Shown one piece after another: positions 9,991-23,579 of a stretch of 64,000 nucleotides of DNA (position 1 is the first letter of the stretch; every line of letters starts with the position of its first letter). The notes under the pieces are model-generated. The model worked only from the letters and a program-made list of their open reading frames with translations, made no database searches and was not told the origin of the DNA. Source of the DNA: Octopus vulgaris (Eukaryota); the NCBI GenBank assembly GCA_951406725.2, contig OX597823.1:42408001-42472000 (forward strand), given 5' to 3'. The position numbers and the translations under genes are program-made.

Positions 9991-11939
9991 TTATTACTGA
10001 GACACCTATAACTAACCATCACGTTCAGTTCCACTATGTGGCACATTGGACAAGCATCTTCTACTACAGCCCCAGGCCAACCAAAGCCTTGTGAGTGGAT
10101 TTAGTAAATGGAAAATGAAAGAAGTCAGTTGTGTGTGTGTACGTGTGTGTATGTGTAATATATATATATATACACACACACACGTGTGTGTGTGTGTGTG
10201 TTTGTGTCTCCTTTGTCTAACATCACTTGATAGTTGTAAAATGATTGTCACTGTCATACAAGCAATGTCATTCATTTCAAATATTCTGTAAGTATATGTT
10301 TGCCCATAGAGAAATATTAACTGGCTTGGAAACAGGTGAGGGTTGGTGACAGGATTGGCATGTGCTTGTAGAAAATTTACTTCAGCAAACTCTCATTTAA
10401 TCCATGCACGCAATAAAAAGGGGCATTTAAGTTATGAAAAATATATAAATACACACATACTTATACATATACATATATATATATAAACATAACGATAAAC
10501 ATAAACATAACGATAACTCTATTCAACATAAACATAACGTTGCAAGAAATTTGAAAAGCTACATGCGAAACCGGTCTCTCTTTTAAATTATGTCATTATA
10601 AGAGGAAAAAAATTTTTTTTTAATTTTCTAATATTCTTCAGACATATTGATGCAAATGTATATATTTTTTAACATTTAAGCCTTCTGTAGTTTTTTCACT
10701 CTTTACTATTTTCTATATATTCACGCACGTGCTTTCACAAACCAACTTTCTTATCTATATATATATATATATGGTAAGGTCTCACATGTGTAACATTGTG
10801 AATTGTAAGCCTTTTCCTAAATGAGTTTAACCATGGGATCGATAAGAGCAACAACCTTCAAGGCTGTTTAAAATCTAAAGATAAGAGAGGCAAGTCTAAT
10901 AAATCAATTTATATTTTAGAGGAAAAACTATAGCTGTATGTTTAAGAAGTTCACACTTTGCTAGCGTGTTGTTTAGGATTCAGTCTCGATGCCCCTTGGA
11001 TAATTGTCTTCTACTATTATTATCCTGGATCAACCAAGGCTTTGCAAGTGAAATTTGTTTGAGAGATATTGAAGGAAGACTCTGTGAGTGTGTGTGCATG
11101 TGCACATGTCTGCGTTCACATTCCAAGCTATCACCATTTGAGTGAAGTAGTGTTGATACTGACATTCTTTGATGACATGATGGTCAGGCATGCAACACTT
11201 TCAAAGACTTGTGAAATGAAAAGAAAACCCTTTACTCAAATTTATTTTTCCAGTAAGAGATTTCATTTTTCCTCAGAGTGATTACTAATAATTCTTTTTA
11301 TTTTTGGTTCAAGGCCTGAAATTGTGAGGAAGGGAATTGTTGATTAGATCAATCCCAGAGCTCAACTGGTACTTATTTCATCAGGCTTAAACAGATGAAA
11401 TGCAAAATGAACTACGATGGTATTTGAACTCAGAATATAAAACCACAAGAAGTGCTACTAAACATTTTGTCCAATGTGCCAATAATTCTGCCTGCTCACC
11501 ACCTTAGAGGGATTACTAATGTCAATAAGTTGGCAACAGGAAGAGCATCCAGCTGTAAAATCCTGTTTTTGATAATTCTCAGTCACAAACATAAAAGTAT
11601 TGAAAAAACCCATGTTAACCAAACTAATGAATAAAATAAATAAATGCAAAGAAAAAAAGAGAAGAGATCTGAGAAGTTTCAAAAGACATCATTGAGTTTT
11701 TATAAAAGAAAAATATGGAATATAGTCTTGAAATGAGCTGGTGACATAAATGGACTTGCTTCATTATTATTAAACCTCTTTAGCAAAACATATTCAACTT
11801 GGTTGGTAGCCATTAATTAAATACACATCACTACTATAAATAGTCAGATCACTGATGTGGATTACAAAGTCTTTACAAGATATCTTGATTTAAGGGTTAA
11901 TTTTAGATTCCTGGAGAGTGTGACCAGGTGGAGTTGGAA

Positions 11940-12270
11940 AGAGAGTGACAAAGTGAAAGAGGGTGTGTGTGATTGAGAGAGAGAGGGTGTGAGTGATTGA
12001 GAAAGAGAGGTGAGTGGTTGAGAGAGAGAGGGTGTGGTAGTGACAGAGAGGGGGTAAGTAAGCAAGAAGGAAAGGGTAGGTGTGAGTGAGAGAGGGTGTG
12101 AGTGAGAGAGTGAGGGGGTGTGAGTGAGAGAAACGGTGTGAGTGAGAGAGGGTACAAGCGAGTGAGAGAGAAGGTATGCATGACAGAAAGAGAGAGAGAG
12201 AGGATGTGAGTGACAAAGAGAGGGTAAAAGGGACAGAGAGAGGGTGCGAGTGACAGAGAGAAGGTGGGTG
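11940..12270. repeat. Purine-rich (GA/GT) low-complexity repeat
   Basis: Recurring GAGTGAGAGAGGGTGT units. Confidence 0.85.
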
Positions 12271-13674
12271 TAATAAGAAGCTGGAATTTACAATTTTCCT
12301 TCACATGTTACATATTAATTTCCCCATTTATCATTGTTAGCTTCAATGGAGTGTACATTAACGAATTTAGAAATTAGCCTGTTATAGCAGTTTTCCTTTT
12401 GTTTTTTGCTTCTTTTTTTTTGATACAGCTAAGTGATTTTGTTTCTACTGAACCACGCAGGCACTGTCAATAGCACCCATATTTACCTAAGCAGACTACA
12501 GCAAGTTGTTATTGGTTTAATGTTGTTATGGTGCTAAACTTCACTTGAAGAATCTATCATAATAATAATAGCAAAGAGCATATTAGCATTGACTGCCATT
12601 TGGGTACTATTCATTATATTAGTTATCGCTAATGAAATGGAATCGGTAATGAGCTGGTTGATTAGAAGAATCATTAGTGCATCAGACAAATACCTTGAAA
12701 TAATTGTTCCAAGTCTTTGCATTCTGAGATTAAATCCTGGTAAGGTCACCTCAGCTTTTTATTCTTCTGAAGTCAATAAGTACAAGAGAGATGAGTTCAA
12801 TAAGTACAAGAGAGAAGAGAAGAATTGACTCCCTGAAGGGAATCAGTTCTTCTCTTCTCTCTCTCGCTCTCTCTTTCTCTCTCTCATTGTCTCAGAATCA
12901 GAGTTACATTATGAAGAAATGGTCATGAGGGACCACTTACAATGTCACCATCAAGAAATGGAGGCAGAATGAGATAAAGACTAGCAATGTTGTCTCATTT
13001 ATTGGTCTATAGAAATTATGGCAGGAAACCAGAAATCATGGCAGGCATGAATGGAACAATGGGTTGTACAATATAGAATCATTAGAAACAAAATGAGTAA
13101 TTAAGTTGCTTTAATGAGCAAGTGGATTTGATTCAGAGAAAATATACTATGAAGTCCATCGTGTGTATGTGTGTGTGTGTGCACGTGCGTGTGTGTGTCT
13201 GTGTGTGCATAAGTGAGCACATAAACTGGTTTGTTTAACACTGATGCTTCTCTGAAAAATCACTAAGCTACAAGTTAAAAAACACTGTTGTCACTACTTC
13301 TGTCAACAAATTGTCCACTAGCTCTGTTCTTTTAAAAATGTGGAATAACAGAGCCATGTCATGAAAGTTTAGTAAGTTTAGTTAGCAACAGGAAGAGTTG
13401 TAAAATAATTGTCATAATACAGTATTTGTCAATCACTTTAACATTGAGTAAGAAATGGACATAAAATGGATGCTCAAAAATAATGAACTTAATGAAATCA
13501 AGTTAAATATCTTCATATTTTTGATTTCAAATCCAGTTATGTAAAGATGTTCAAACAAGAAGGCATTTTGAAAGTTTTGTGATATCAAGTTCAACACCTG
13601 AAATTTCTGTTTAATTCCTGCTAGTAATGATAATTTTGGGTTACAGATTCAAGTACTGATGCATTAAATATTAG

Positions 13675-14010
13675 TATCACTGGCACCTGTGCCTGTGACG
13701 CATAAAAAGCACCATTTGAGTGTGGCTGATGCTAGTGCCATCTGACTGGTGTCTGTGCCAGTGGCAAGTAAAAAGCACCATTTGAGCATAGCCAATGCCA
13801 GTGCTGCCTGACAAGCACCCATGCCGGTGTCACATAGAAAGTACCCACCACACTCTCAGAGTGGTTGGCGTCAGGAAGAGCATCCAGCTGTAGAAACCTT
13901 GCCAAATCAGATTGGAACCTGGTGCAGCCTCCCGGCTTACTACTTCTCAGTGAAACTGTCCAATCCATGCAAGCATGGAAAGCAAACATTAAATTATGAT
14001 GATGATGATG
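13675..14010 (+). mobile_element. RTE-LINE 3' UTR/SINE-like family C copy with (GAT)n tail
   Basis: AAAAAGCACC repeats, GAGTGGTTGGCGTCAGGAAGAGCATCCAGCTGTAGAAAC, CCATGCAAGCATGG hairpin and (GAT)n tail. Confidence 0.8.
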
Positions 14011-14059
14011 ATATATGTATATTTTGTTTCGAATTTGTGTGAATGGGTATAGAATAATA

Positions 14060-15085
14060 TATAAGTTGAATAAAGTTAAAGCATAGTCTGGTTTTCAAGT
14101 TTTTTATTATGGCATTTTAACAAAATTAGCGCTTTTATACATAGTGTACTCATCAGATTTCGAATGTGTTTAACTGACAGTTAAGTTCTTGACTTTAGTG
14201 TCTCTTAGAACGCTCCAAGCAGCTGATTTTTTAGAATACCTTTTTGATCAAGCCGCATGCTCTTAAACATCACAAGTTTGCCAGATGTACCAATATTCTG
14301 TAACTTGTCTATATTTATCAATCCATATCGTTAACTTGTTATATTACTACTGGTATTTCCGTTCAGAACAGGTTTGATCATTTTAATAAACCGTTTTTCT
14401 TTTATCTTTCATCCAATGTCACTTGTGTCATGTAGTTTGTTGGAAAGGAAAAATTAGAAGCATTTTCTGACCACATGTCTCTATATGTTTGCTCGATGGA
14501 ATTTGGTGAACATTGGTGTTCTGGATTTGTTGTCTGTGGACTCATGAGCATTCTGATAATGCATTCCCTGTCTCGCCTATATATAATTCCTTGCAATTTG
14601 GGCATTTAATGCAGTAGATCAAATTTCTGCTTTTGCAGTTTATATCTGCATTTGCAAAAATCTATCCATTTTTTGTTCTAATGGATCTACTCATATGCAT
14701 GTGTTGACATGTTCCACATCTATTATCATTACACTTAGAATCTGTGAATATGTTATCCTGTTTATTCATGTTGAATTTTGCCTTTGTTAATAGTTTCTTT
14801 AAGTTAAGCCTTTTGCTTAAGATAAATGTTCAATTAGTCATTATGTTTTTTAATTTTTCCCTTAGTTTTATGATTGGCAAATTTGTCTTGATGATGTTAA
14901 AAATATTTTGGTGATGCAGATTGTGTGTTACTAGAAATAGTATTGTGTTCCTTTGATGGGTTCATTTTTTATGTGTTGCTCTAAGTTGTTCTATAGGTAT
15001 CTCTTTTGCTTGTTGTATGCTATGCTCTATAAGTAGGAGAGAGTAATTTTGCTTCAGCAGAAATCCTTTGAGTTCTATAAATGAA
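14060..15085 (-). mobile_element. Penelope-like retroelement 3' remnant (GIY-YIG endonuclease plus pLTR)
   Basis: Minus strand NADINCKSRNLIYCIKCPNCKELYIGETGN (~14560-14655) and terminal KEKRFIKMIKPVLN (~14361-14402), followed by a hammerhead motif. Confidence 0.9.
14121..14162 (-). ncRNA. Decayed minimal type I hammerhead ribozyme in the Penelope pLTR
   Basis: CGAAAT-CTGATGA-GTACactatGTAT-AAA-AGCGCT-A-ATTTTG. The expected CGAAA reads TAAAA, consistent with CpG decay. Palindromic stem III AGCGCT. Confidence 0.75.
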
Positions 15086-15149
15086 AAACTTCATATGCTG
15101 TATAAAATTGCATAAATAAAAAATGATTAACGGCAAGTTTGCTCAAAAC

Positions 15150-16000
15150 CCACAAGCTGTATATCACACTATGAAAAGTGATATTATCAAGGTAATGAGT
15201 GCTCCCCCTCAGAAAGACCTAAATTCATTCTGACATCCTTAATGATGAAAACTATATGTATCTCAGAATCAATGAGAATGTTGCATATGACTAAAGCCAT
15301 AATAACAAAAGACTACTTCCATAGAATCTGGAAAATATGGACCTCAGTGTTGTTTGCATTTAACAAGACCATATCTCACAATGCTTTCGCAGTGCCAATG
15401 TTGTTACTCACATTTGTAACTTCACATGAATGATGACACCAACAGGATCTATGCGAGGTGAAGAGATGGTGGTAGAGGTAGAAGGGGTCTGTCCAAACTG
15501 CCTTGTATCACTCACACAAAACCTGCTGAACAGTAAAGAAAGAAGTGAGTACATTGCATGCATACTCAAGAGTGAGAGCAACATCCTCAGAGACAGATAA
15601 GAATTGCTATGCAGGTACTCTAAGATTACAACTGTCTCAGTCAACCCATTGGAGGCTGGGCTGATTTAAACAGAAATTTGAAAGAGCAGGCATCATACCA
15701 GCAAAAAGCAATGCATGGGTACACATCCTCTAAGCTAGAGGGCAACAAAAACATTGACCGAAATAGTAGACACTCCTAGACTTGTGACAGATACACTACA
15801 TCACACCTAGAAGGATATGCCTCCACTTTCCATGAACAGGAGATAGTTACTAAATACTTGGTAAATAAGAGAAGCAGAAATGCCACTAAATCTCCACATT
15901 GTGATGAAAAATGCAGGATCTTCTACATCACCCTCATAATCAGCAACTCTCAAAAAGGAATTCGCTTTCAAGTAACCTTTAACTGCATCTGGGTCTGATA
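15150..16000 (+). mobile_element. Highly decayed non-LTR retrotransposon (R4/Dong-like) fragment
   Basis: IYAR*RDGGRG at ~15447-15480 resembles the LY.PR..GGRG motif of RLE-bearing LINEs. Confidence 0.4.
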
Positions 16001-16799
16001 GTAAGTGTACTGGTGATCATGTGGTCATCAAGAAAGGGAAAAAAATTATTAAATAAGAAATTTGCATCAGATATCCTGGTTACTTAGTAATTGTTCCTTA
16101 ATAAGGTATAAGGCCTGTAATTTGAGAGAAGGTGGGAGTCAATCACATCGGCCCTCAATGCTTGACAGGTACTTTATTATATTGATCCCAGAAAGCTAAC
16201 TTGTGCAGGATTTGAACTCAGAATGTTAAGTGTCAGAACAAATGCCGTGAAAGTATTTTTCTAAGCTCTAAAGATTCTCCCAGTTCACAACCTTTATGTA
16301 CATTCTAATAACGTGAAGCTGGTCGATACAAGAGTATTGTAATTTGCTCAATGCACTACCATATGCATAAAGGAGATAAATGTTTGAAAAATCTCTGTGA
16401 TATGGATAACAAATTAAAATATTTAAGGTGATGTCAAATAATTTGCATATTCTAACAGCTAGAGCACACATCATTAGCAACAAAATGAAACACTTAACAT
16501 ATCAGCATTTTAACACTTTGTCTACCATGAGAATCGCTGGTGACTCCCAATCATGATATTTTTTCATGAAGCCTTACATTACAGCGTATCAAAATATATT
16601 ATTCAAATTTTAGGAAATGTACAGAACACAGATATCAGATGGGTGTAAGTCACAATCATTTCCAACATTGTAGTACTACCCCTTATGAAAATAATTTTTG
16701 TCAAAAAGAAACCACTAAAGCTTATATTTTCTGGGGGGAAAAATCTGGGGAAGCAAAAATCCATAAATGGGGGTATACTGGATATTTTAGCACTACATG

Positions 16800-19455
16800 T
16801 ATTAATCTATGAATTGGAAAATAACCAGAAGGCAATCATCGTAAGTGCATATGTCTCAACCATGAGCCACCTAGATGAATACAGAGAAGCCTTCTATGAT
16901 GACCCCAGGAGAGTAATTAGAAGCATACCATATAAAGTGAAGCTAATCCTTCTGCAGGACTTTAATGCTTGTGTTGGTAAGGATCATTCTACATGGAAGG
17001 GTGTAGCGTGGGAACATGTCATTGGATGGAAGAATTCTAATGGTCATCTCTTCCTGACGAAATGTAGAGAGTTCAAGCAAGCAATTACTAACACAGTCTA
17101 CAAGTACAAAACCTCGATGCACACTGGCATTTGATACACTATGTGATTGTTCAGTAGAGGGACTAAAATGATGTTTGTTATACCAGATCATTCAGAGGCA
17201 CAGACTGCTGGTCAAATCACAGGAGCATCATGTCCTTAAAGTTTACAGTTAAACTGTCTAGCCACAGAACCAAACCTGTAAAGAAGTTCAATATACCCTC
17301 ACCCAAGGTAAAGGAAAAGCTCACTGAATTAGTAGAGTCCATAGATTAAGTTCTGGAAAGCATATCAGATGACTCTCAATATTGAACAAAACTGGAAGAG
17401 CTTAAAGCAGCATATATATGAGAAAACCGCTGAGCCTTTTGGCTTTGTTAAGTACAAACATCATGACTAGTTTAATGAGAACAATCAAGACATTGGAAAA
17501 CTCATTGACATTATGTATTCTGCTCATAACAAGTACTTCGCGGCCAAAGCATTGAGAGGAACTAAAGCCAGGTACCATCAGGCAAAACACATCCTATAGA
17601 CCAGGTTAAAAACCATGAAGAACCTGTGGTAAGAGAACAAAGCATTTGACCTACAGGCAGTTGACAAACATGACATAAAGACATTTTATGAGGGTCTCAA
17701 GGTAGACTATGGCCTCAAGACTAGTAGTGCTCTACGTGTTCTAATATTAGATGACACACAGCTTCTTATGGACAAGAATTACATCCTCTCTCATTGGGCA
17801 GAACACTTTAACAGAGTTCTAAAACAAGTATCAACAGCAAACAACGATATCATAGATGACTTCCCACAATGTATCTTGGATCAGCTTGACTGGGAACCAT
17901 CCCTGTCAGAAGTGATAAAAGACAAAGCAACTGTACTCTGGGAAGTCATCAGGTTCAGAAGGCAAACCAGGCAAGGCAGCACTCACCTGGCTAAAAAATT
18001 CACCAAGCTTTACCAGTATATATAGAACCAACACAAGACTACAAAGGTGTTTCTATAATACTGTTGCAACAACCATCATGATATATAACTCCTTTCTATT
18101 GCCAGTTAAACATTTGCTCATCAGGATCATTCTTCACCTAGTAGACACTGAGAACTCTAAATCACAATGTAGTTTCTATGGTAGTCAAAGATCAATTAAT
18201 ATGATATACACTTCATGTCAGGTTCAGAAGAAGGCCAGAGAGCAGTACCAGGACCTCTACTGGGATTTTGTTAATTTAACAAAACTTTAGATAAAGTTAA
18301 CTGTGATACTCCCTGGAAAGTACTTTACAAATCTGGATATCTCCAAAAAGATTGTCGGAGTAATAAGATCATTCCACAATGGTATGATGGCCTTCATGAT
18401 TCAGCTTCCAACACATTCTACATAAAAAGAAAGGAACCAAGTTGGACTGAGTGATGGTATCTATCTCATTGGCAAGTTACTTCTTAGTTATGATGCAAGA
18501 GGTATTCAGAGATATTGTGAAAGGTGAACACATCTAGTTTAGGATACATGGTAATGTTTTCAATCTACAAGACCTCAAGACCCAGAACCAAAGTCAGAGA
18601 ACATCTGAGAGAGTTTCTATTTGCAGACGATTGTGCACCCTCTACAAGACATCCAAGCATTAGTTGACTGTTTTACTTATGTTGCTTGATCTTTTGGCCT
18701 AACCATCAGCTTGAGGAAGACCAGCCAGTACCTGGACACCCAAAATAGGATTTTATTGTCATAGTAGACAATGCCCCAGTAAATGCTGTGACAAAATTCT
18801 GCTACCAAAGAATCATTCTATCAAACAATGTTCAATTGGATGAAGAGAACCCCTTAGCAATTGTCTAAAACAAGCTCATCTTGCAATAAACTCTAACACT
18901 GAATGTGGAGAGATCATGGACACTTTACAGGCATTATATTAAACAATTAGACTCATTCCATCTTGGTTGCCTTCATCCAATTTGCAACAGAGTGATGGGA
19001 CAAAGTCCCTAACACAGAGGTTCTTACAAGAGATGACATTCTAGACATAGAGAGATACCTTATCAAAGCACAACTGAAGTGGTCAGTTATGTAGTACACA
19101 TGGATGACACTTGCTTACCTAAAGCCCTCTTTTATGGTTGGTTTAGTTCTAGTACAAGGCAACAAGGTCACCCACTGCTCCATTATAAGGAGTCTTTAAA
19201 AACTTGCTTGAAAATCTGTCGGATAAACCTGAAGATATGGGAAGTGATAGCGCTGAATAAAACTCAGTAGAGAAGCTCTTGCTGCCAAGCCAACTCCTAC
19301 TTTGGGGCAGTCATAATCAACACCCTGAATGAGAAAAGAGCCCAACATAGGTCAATTCTACAACAAAATGAGGATCACCACTGCAACAGGATCTGCAAAT
19401 CCTGGATATACCTGTATTCCTATATGAGACCACACAACAAAATATCAAGCTGAGA
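16800..19455 (+). mobile_element. Decayed RTE-clade (BovB-like) LINE
   Basis: Endonuclease region SAYVSTM..EAFYDD..KLILLQDFNACVG..NSNGHLFL..C..ITNT; HWAEHF..VL; RT FLFADDC (~18615-18635); HMDDTCLPKALFYG..GHPLLHYKESLK; terminal CNRICKS..H motif. Confidence 0.9.
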
Positions 19456-19774
19456 ACACTGTGCCGCTGTATCTAGCTGAAGTGTCATTTGTCAAATAGA
19501 CAAGAGGGTTCAATGAAAATATCACTGGTGACTCCTGTTGTACAGAATGAATATAATATTTATTCAGTACTGCAGGAGTCACCAATGACTCATACTATAA
19601 ATCATTGTGATAGTTTATATAGTGAACTAGAATATATACACAGTAAAATATTTTTTTAATGTAGAACTTATAACAACATTAGACTGCTGGTGTAAAAGAA
19701 AATATGTTGCAAATTGGGCTTGAAAGGTGGAGTGTTGAATCTGCCTGTCTAGAAAAGAGAGGAAGCTACAGAGT

Positions 19775-19817
19775 AGTTGATGATGATTTCAGCAAAAGTT
19801 GAAACACGTGTACAGCT
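19775..19817 (+). ncRNA. Degenerate hammerhead-like motif
   Basis: AGTTG-ATGATGA..GAA-ACACGTGT-A-CAGCT. Palindromic stem III and pairable stem I, but C3 is mutated and stem II is weak. Confidence 0.45.
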
Positions 19818-21350
19818 GTTTATACATATTGTATAAATGAAGTTTACAATCTTAACACACAATGTTAACAAGAAAACTTGTTCTACAATACTGTATTACT
19901 AATTATTTGTCAATATTTCTGGTACTTACAGAAAGGAGATATAGCACCGACAGAATGATCCATTTTTAAGTGATGAAATTTTTTGCAATATTTATAAGTA
20001 GGAATTCTTTCTAGAGACTTAATTTAGAACTATTAATAAAATATAATACAAAGACTGTCTAGATTTAACAATCGGTAACTGTACACACACATATTTACAC
20101 ATGTAAAACAAGCCTCCACACAATCTTGGTCAACCAATTTCATTCACAAAGCATTTGTTGACCCAGGGCCATAACAGAAGACACTTGCCCAAGATTCTTC
20201 TCATTATGCTAGAACCCAAAACCACATAGTTGAAGATGAACTTCATAGCCTCAGAGATAAGGCCTCCCCTTGCCAACACACACACACATACACACACATA
20301 CAGAGTGACTGACTACAGATATAGGTGAGTGGTTAAGAAGTTTCTGCCACAACCATGGAGTGTCAGATTCGATTACCCTGGGTGACATCTTGTGCAAGTG
20401 CTTTTGCCAAAAGCTCAGGTTGACCAGAGTCTTAGGAGAGAACTTAGGCAGATGGAAACTGCATTGAAGCCCCAAAATATGTTTAGGGTACTTGTGATTG
20501 TGAAATGTTCTGCCTCTCACATGCTAATTCCATGGACAAGTAGTGGGGTTGATCTAATGCCTGGATAATATGTCTAACACCTGGATGAGAGCTCACGATC
20601 ATGTATGTATATGTCTATATATGTGCATGTGTGTTGAGAAACTACATGTAAAGAGCAAAAGTAGAACTCAATATCGTTGAAATAGAGGATTATATTTAAT
20701 ATATGATACAAGCATGGAACATACATATCAGTACTCAAGAAACTCCAGGTAGTAATGTGTTAGTGTTTCATGCTTGTATTGTGTGTGTGTGTGCATGCAC
20801 ACACATTTTCATTGAATGATACACTTATGGAGACTCACATACAGAACTTCATGTTTCTAAGTCAACAATATGAGGATGTACTCCAGTTGCTGTAAGTCTG
20901 GTATGCTTATATATATACATATATACACACACAAACACATCTATGTGTGTGTTTGTGTAACTCTTTCAGAGCACTTAAATCGACATTTTGTATCATTCTT
21001 TCAAGCTAAAGTTGTCCTAATTGTATATTAATGTGTTGTTTGGTATATCTCATCAAGTTTTAAGAAACTGAGATGCTCGTAAGGTCATGCTTGTGCTATT
21101 CAGGAAATATGCAGTTGCTTGTCAATGTGCACAGGGCAGCACATGTATTGTTATGAATTAGATATTTTATTAGTAGAATATCAAAATTATCAATCCAGAT
21201 AACTGGAAGGGAAGTATGAAATCAATATGAACCATTGTAATTATTTAACCAGTAGTAGTAGTAGTAGTATAAAATGGGAATGTTAGGATGTGAAAAATTT
21301 ATGGCCCTTAAAAGTGGAGAGAATACATCATGAGTTATAGATATGTGCAT

Positions 21351-21392
<42 letters not shown>

Positions 21393-21725
21393 TAGATTAT
21401 GGTTAATAGCTTATAGCCATTTGGGAATTTTTGCTGTAGATTTAATAACATATCAGTTATTGACAAAGAATATTGCCATATTGGTTGCTTTCATATGTTA
21501 GGATATTATGGAATCTTATTAAAATAAAATAAATTTTAGATTTCAATACTTGTCTATCTTTTATAATTGCAAAAATGAAAAAGACAAGGAAAGGAAATGG
21601 TGAGGTTTATTTGACAATTGAATCATGTATGTATGTATGTAAGTATAAATATTATATTAAATTTGTATATGGTCATATATTATATATTTGCATATACACA
21701 TATATATGTGAAATGTTTATATAAT

Positions 21726-21772
<47 letters not shown>

Positions 21773-21844
21773 CATACATACACACATACATGCTCACTTA
21801 TACACATGATGAACACAACATATATTTATGCATTATATACATGT

Positions 21845-21880
<36 letters not shown>

Positions 21881-21949
21881 AATACAAACATTGTATTCAT
21901 ATAAATATACACATACATCACATATAAAGACATATAAATACACACACAA

Positions 21950-21980
<31 letters not shown>

Positions 21981-22479
21981 ATTCTTAAGACACACACAAT
22001 ACATATCTTATATATTTCTGTGTGTGATCCACCCTACATAATCCTTGCTACACCATAACAAATTAATCATAAAAACCCCAGCTACTTTGGCAAACTGTGT
22101 GAACCTTGTAACAATAAATATAAAATGACAAAATATTAATTTCCTACACACACAAGATATATGAGTTGAATTTAAACATTATGTTGTGTAATTAACCCCA
22201 TTGACTACAATGGGAAAGAAAACGGGTGCCTTAACTTTGATGCCTCAATATTCTAAAGAGCATTAATAATGCAAGTGTATTCAAATGGTGGCAATTTATA
22301 TTTAAACCAAATTTTGTACTGGAGTAGATACAATCTTCCTCAAACAAATGTAAAATATGTAGGCAGAAAATGATACATACACCATCAATTACATGTTTGC
22401 ATCTTTACAGCTAAACTTTGTATGGTAATTTCAAGCCATTTCCATTGTTTTCAAGATGTGAGGTGAGAGTATGAACTGG

Positions 22480-23530
22480 GTGGATAAGCAAATAGGTAAA
22501 TATGTAAGTAGGTGGATGCTTAGGTAAGTAGATGAGAGGTAAGTAGATGAGTAGGTAAGTAGGTGGTTGGATAGAAAGGTAGGTAATTATGTGGGTGGAT
22601 AGACAGATAGGTATGTAGATGGGTGGATAGACAGATAGGTATGTAGATAAGTGGATAGACAGATGGGTATGTAGGTGGGTAAATAAAATGGATGGGTGGA
22701 TGATTGAGCGGATAGGTAGAATAGACAGACAGGTAGGTAGATGGGTAGATAGATGGACAGGCAGATATATGGGTGAATAGATGGACAGGCGGGTATATGG
22801 GTGGATAGATGGACAGGTAGGTAGGTAGGTAGGTGGATAGATGGACAGGTAGGCTGGTAGATAGACAGACAGACAGGTGAGTGGATAGATGGACAGGTAG
22901 GTAGGTAGATGGATAGCTGGACAGGTTGGTAGGTAGGTAGGTAAGTAGGTGGATAGACAGACAGGTAGGTTGGTAGATAGACAGACAGACAGGTGAGTGG
23001 ACAAGTCTGTAGGTGGATAGACAGACAGGTAGATAGATGGGTGGATTGATGGATAGGCGGGTAGCGGGGTGGATAGATGGACAGGTAGGTAGATGGGTGG
23101 ATAGATGGACAGGTCGGTAGGTGGGTGGATAGATGCACAGGTAGAAAGGTGGGTGGGTCAATAGATGGATAGGTTGATAGATGGGTGGATTGATGGACAG
23201 GTAGCTAAGTGAATAGACATATAGGTAAGTAGGTGGATGAGTATATGGGTAGCTAAGTAGGAAGATGGATAAACAGGCAGGTAAGTAGGTAGGTGGATAG
23301 ATAGACAGATAGGTGGATAGATAGGTAAGTAGGTGGGTTGATAGATGGACATGTAGGTAGGTAGGTGAATATACAGACAGACATGTAGGTGAGTGGATAG
23401 ACAGACAGACAGGTAGGTGGGTAGATAGGTGGATAGGAAAACAGATAGGTGGATAGACAGATAGGTAAGTAGGTGGGTGAACTGTTGGATAGGTAAGTAG
23501 GTGGTTGGATAGATGGTTAGGTAGGTAGGC
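22480..23530. repeat. ~1 kb compound tetranucleotide satellite (GATA/GGTA/GACA/GGTG)
   Basis: Directly visible; source of the PTYLSI ORFs. Confidence 0.95.
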
Positions 23531-23579
23531 AACACAAGGCCAGTTCCTTAGAGAGCAAAAGTTATGATGTTTGTGTACA

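Noticed and set aside
22411-22462. Possible small host exon (TTTACAG..GTGAGA)
   Set aside because: Only splice-like dinucleotides; the peptide is unrecognisable and has no supporting neighbours.
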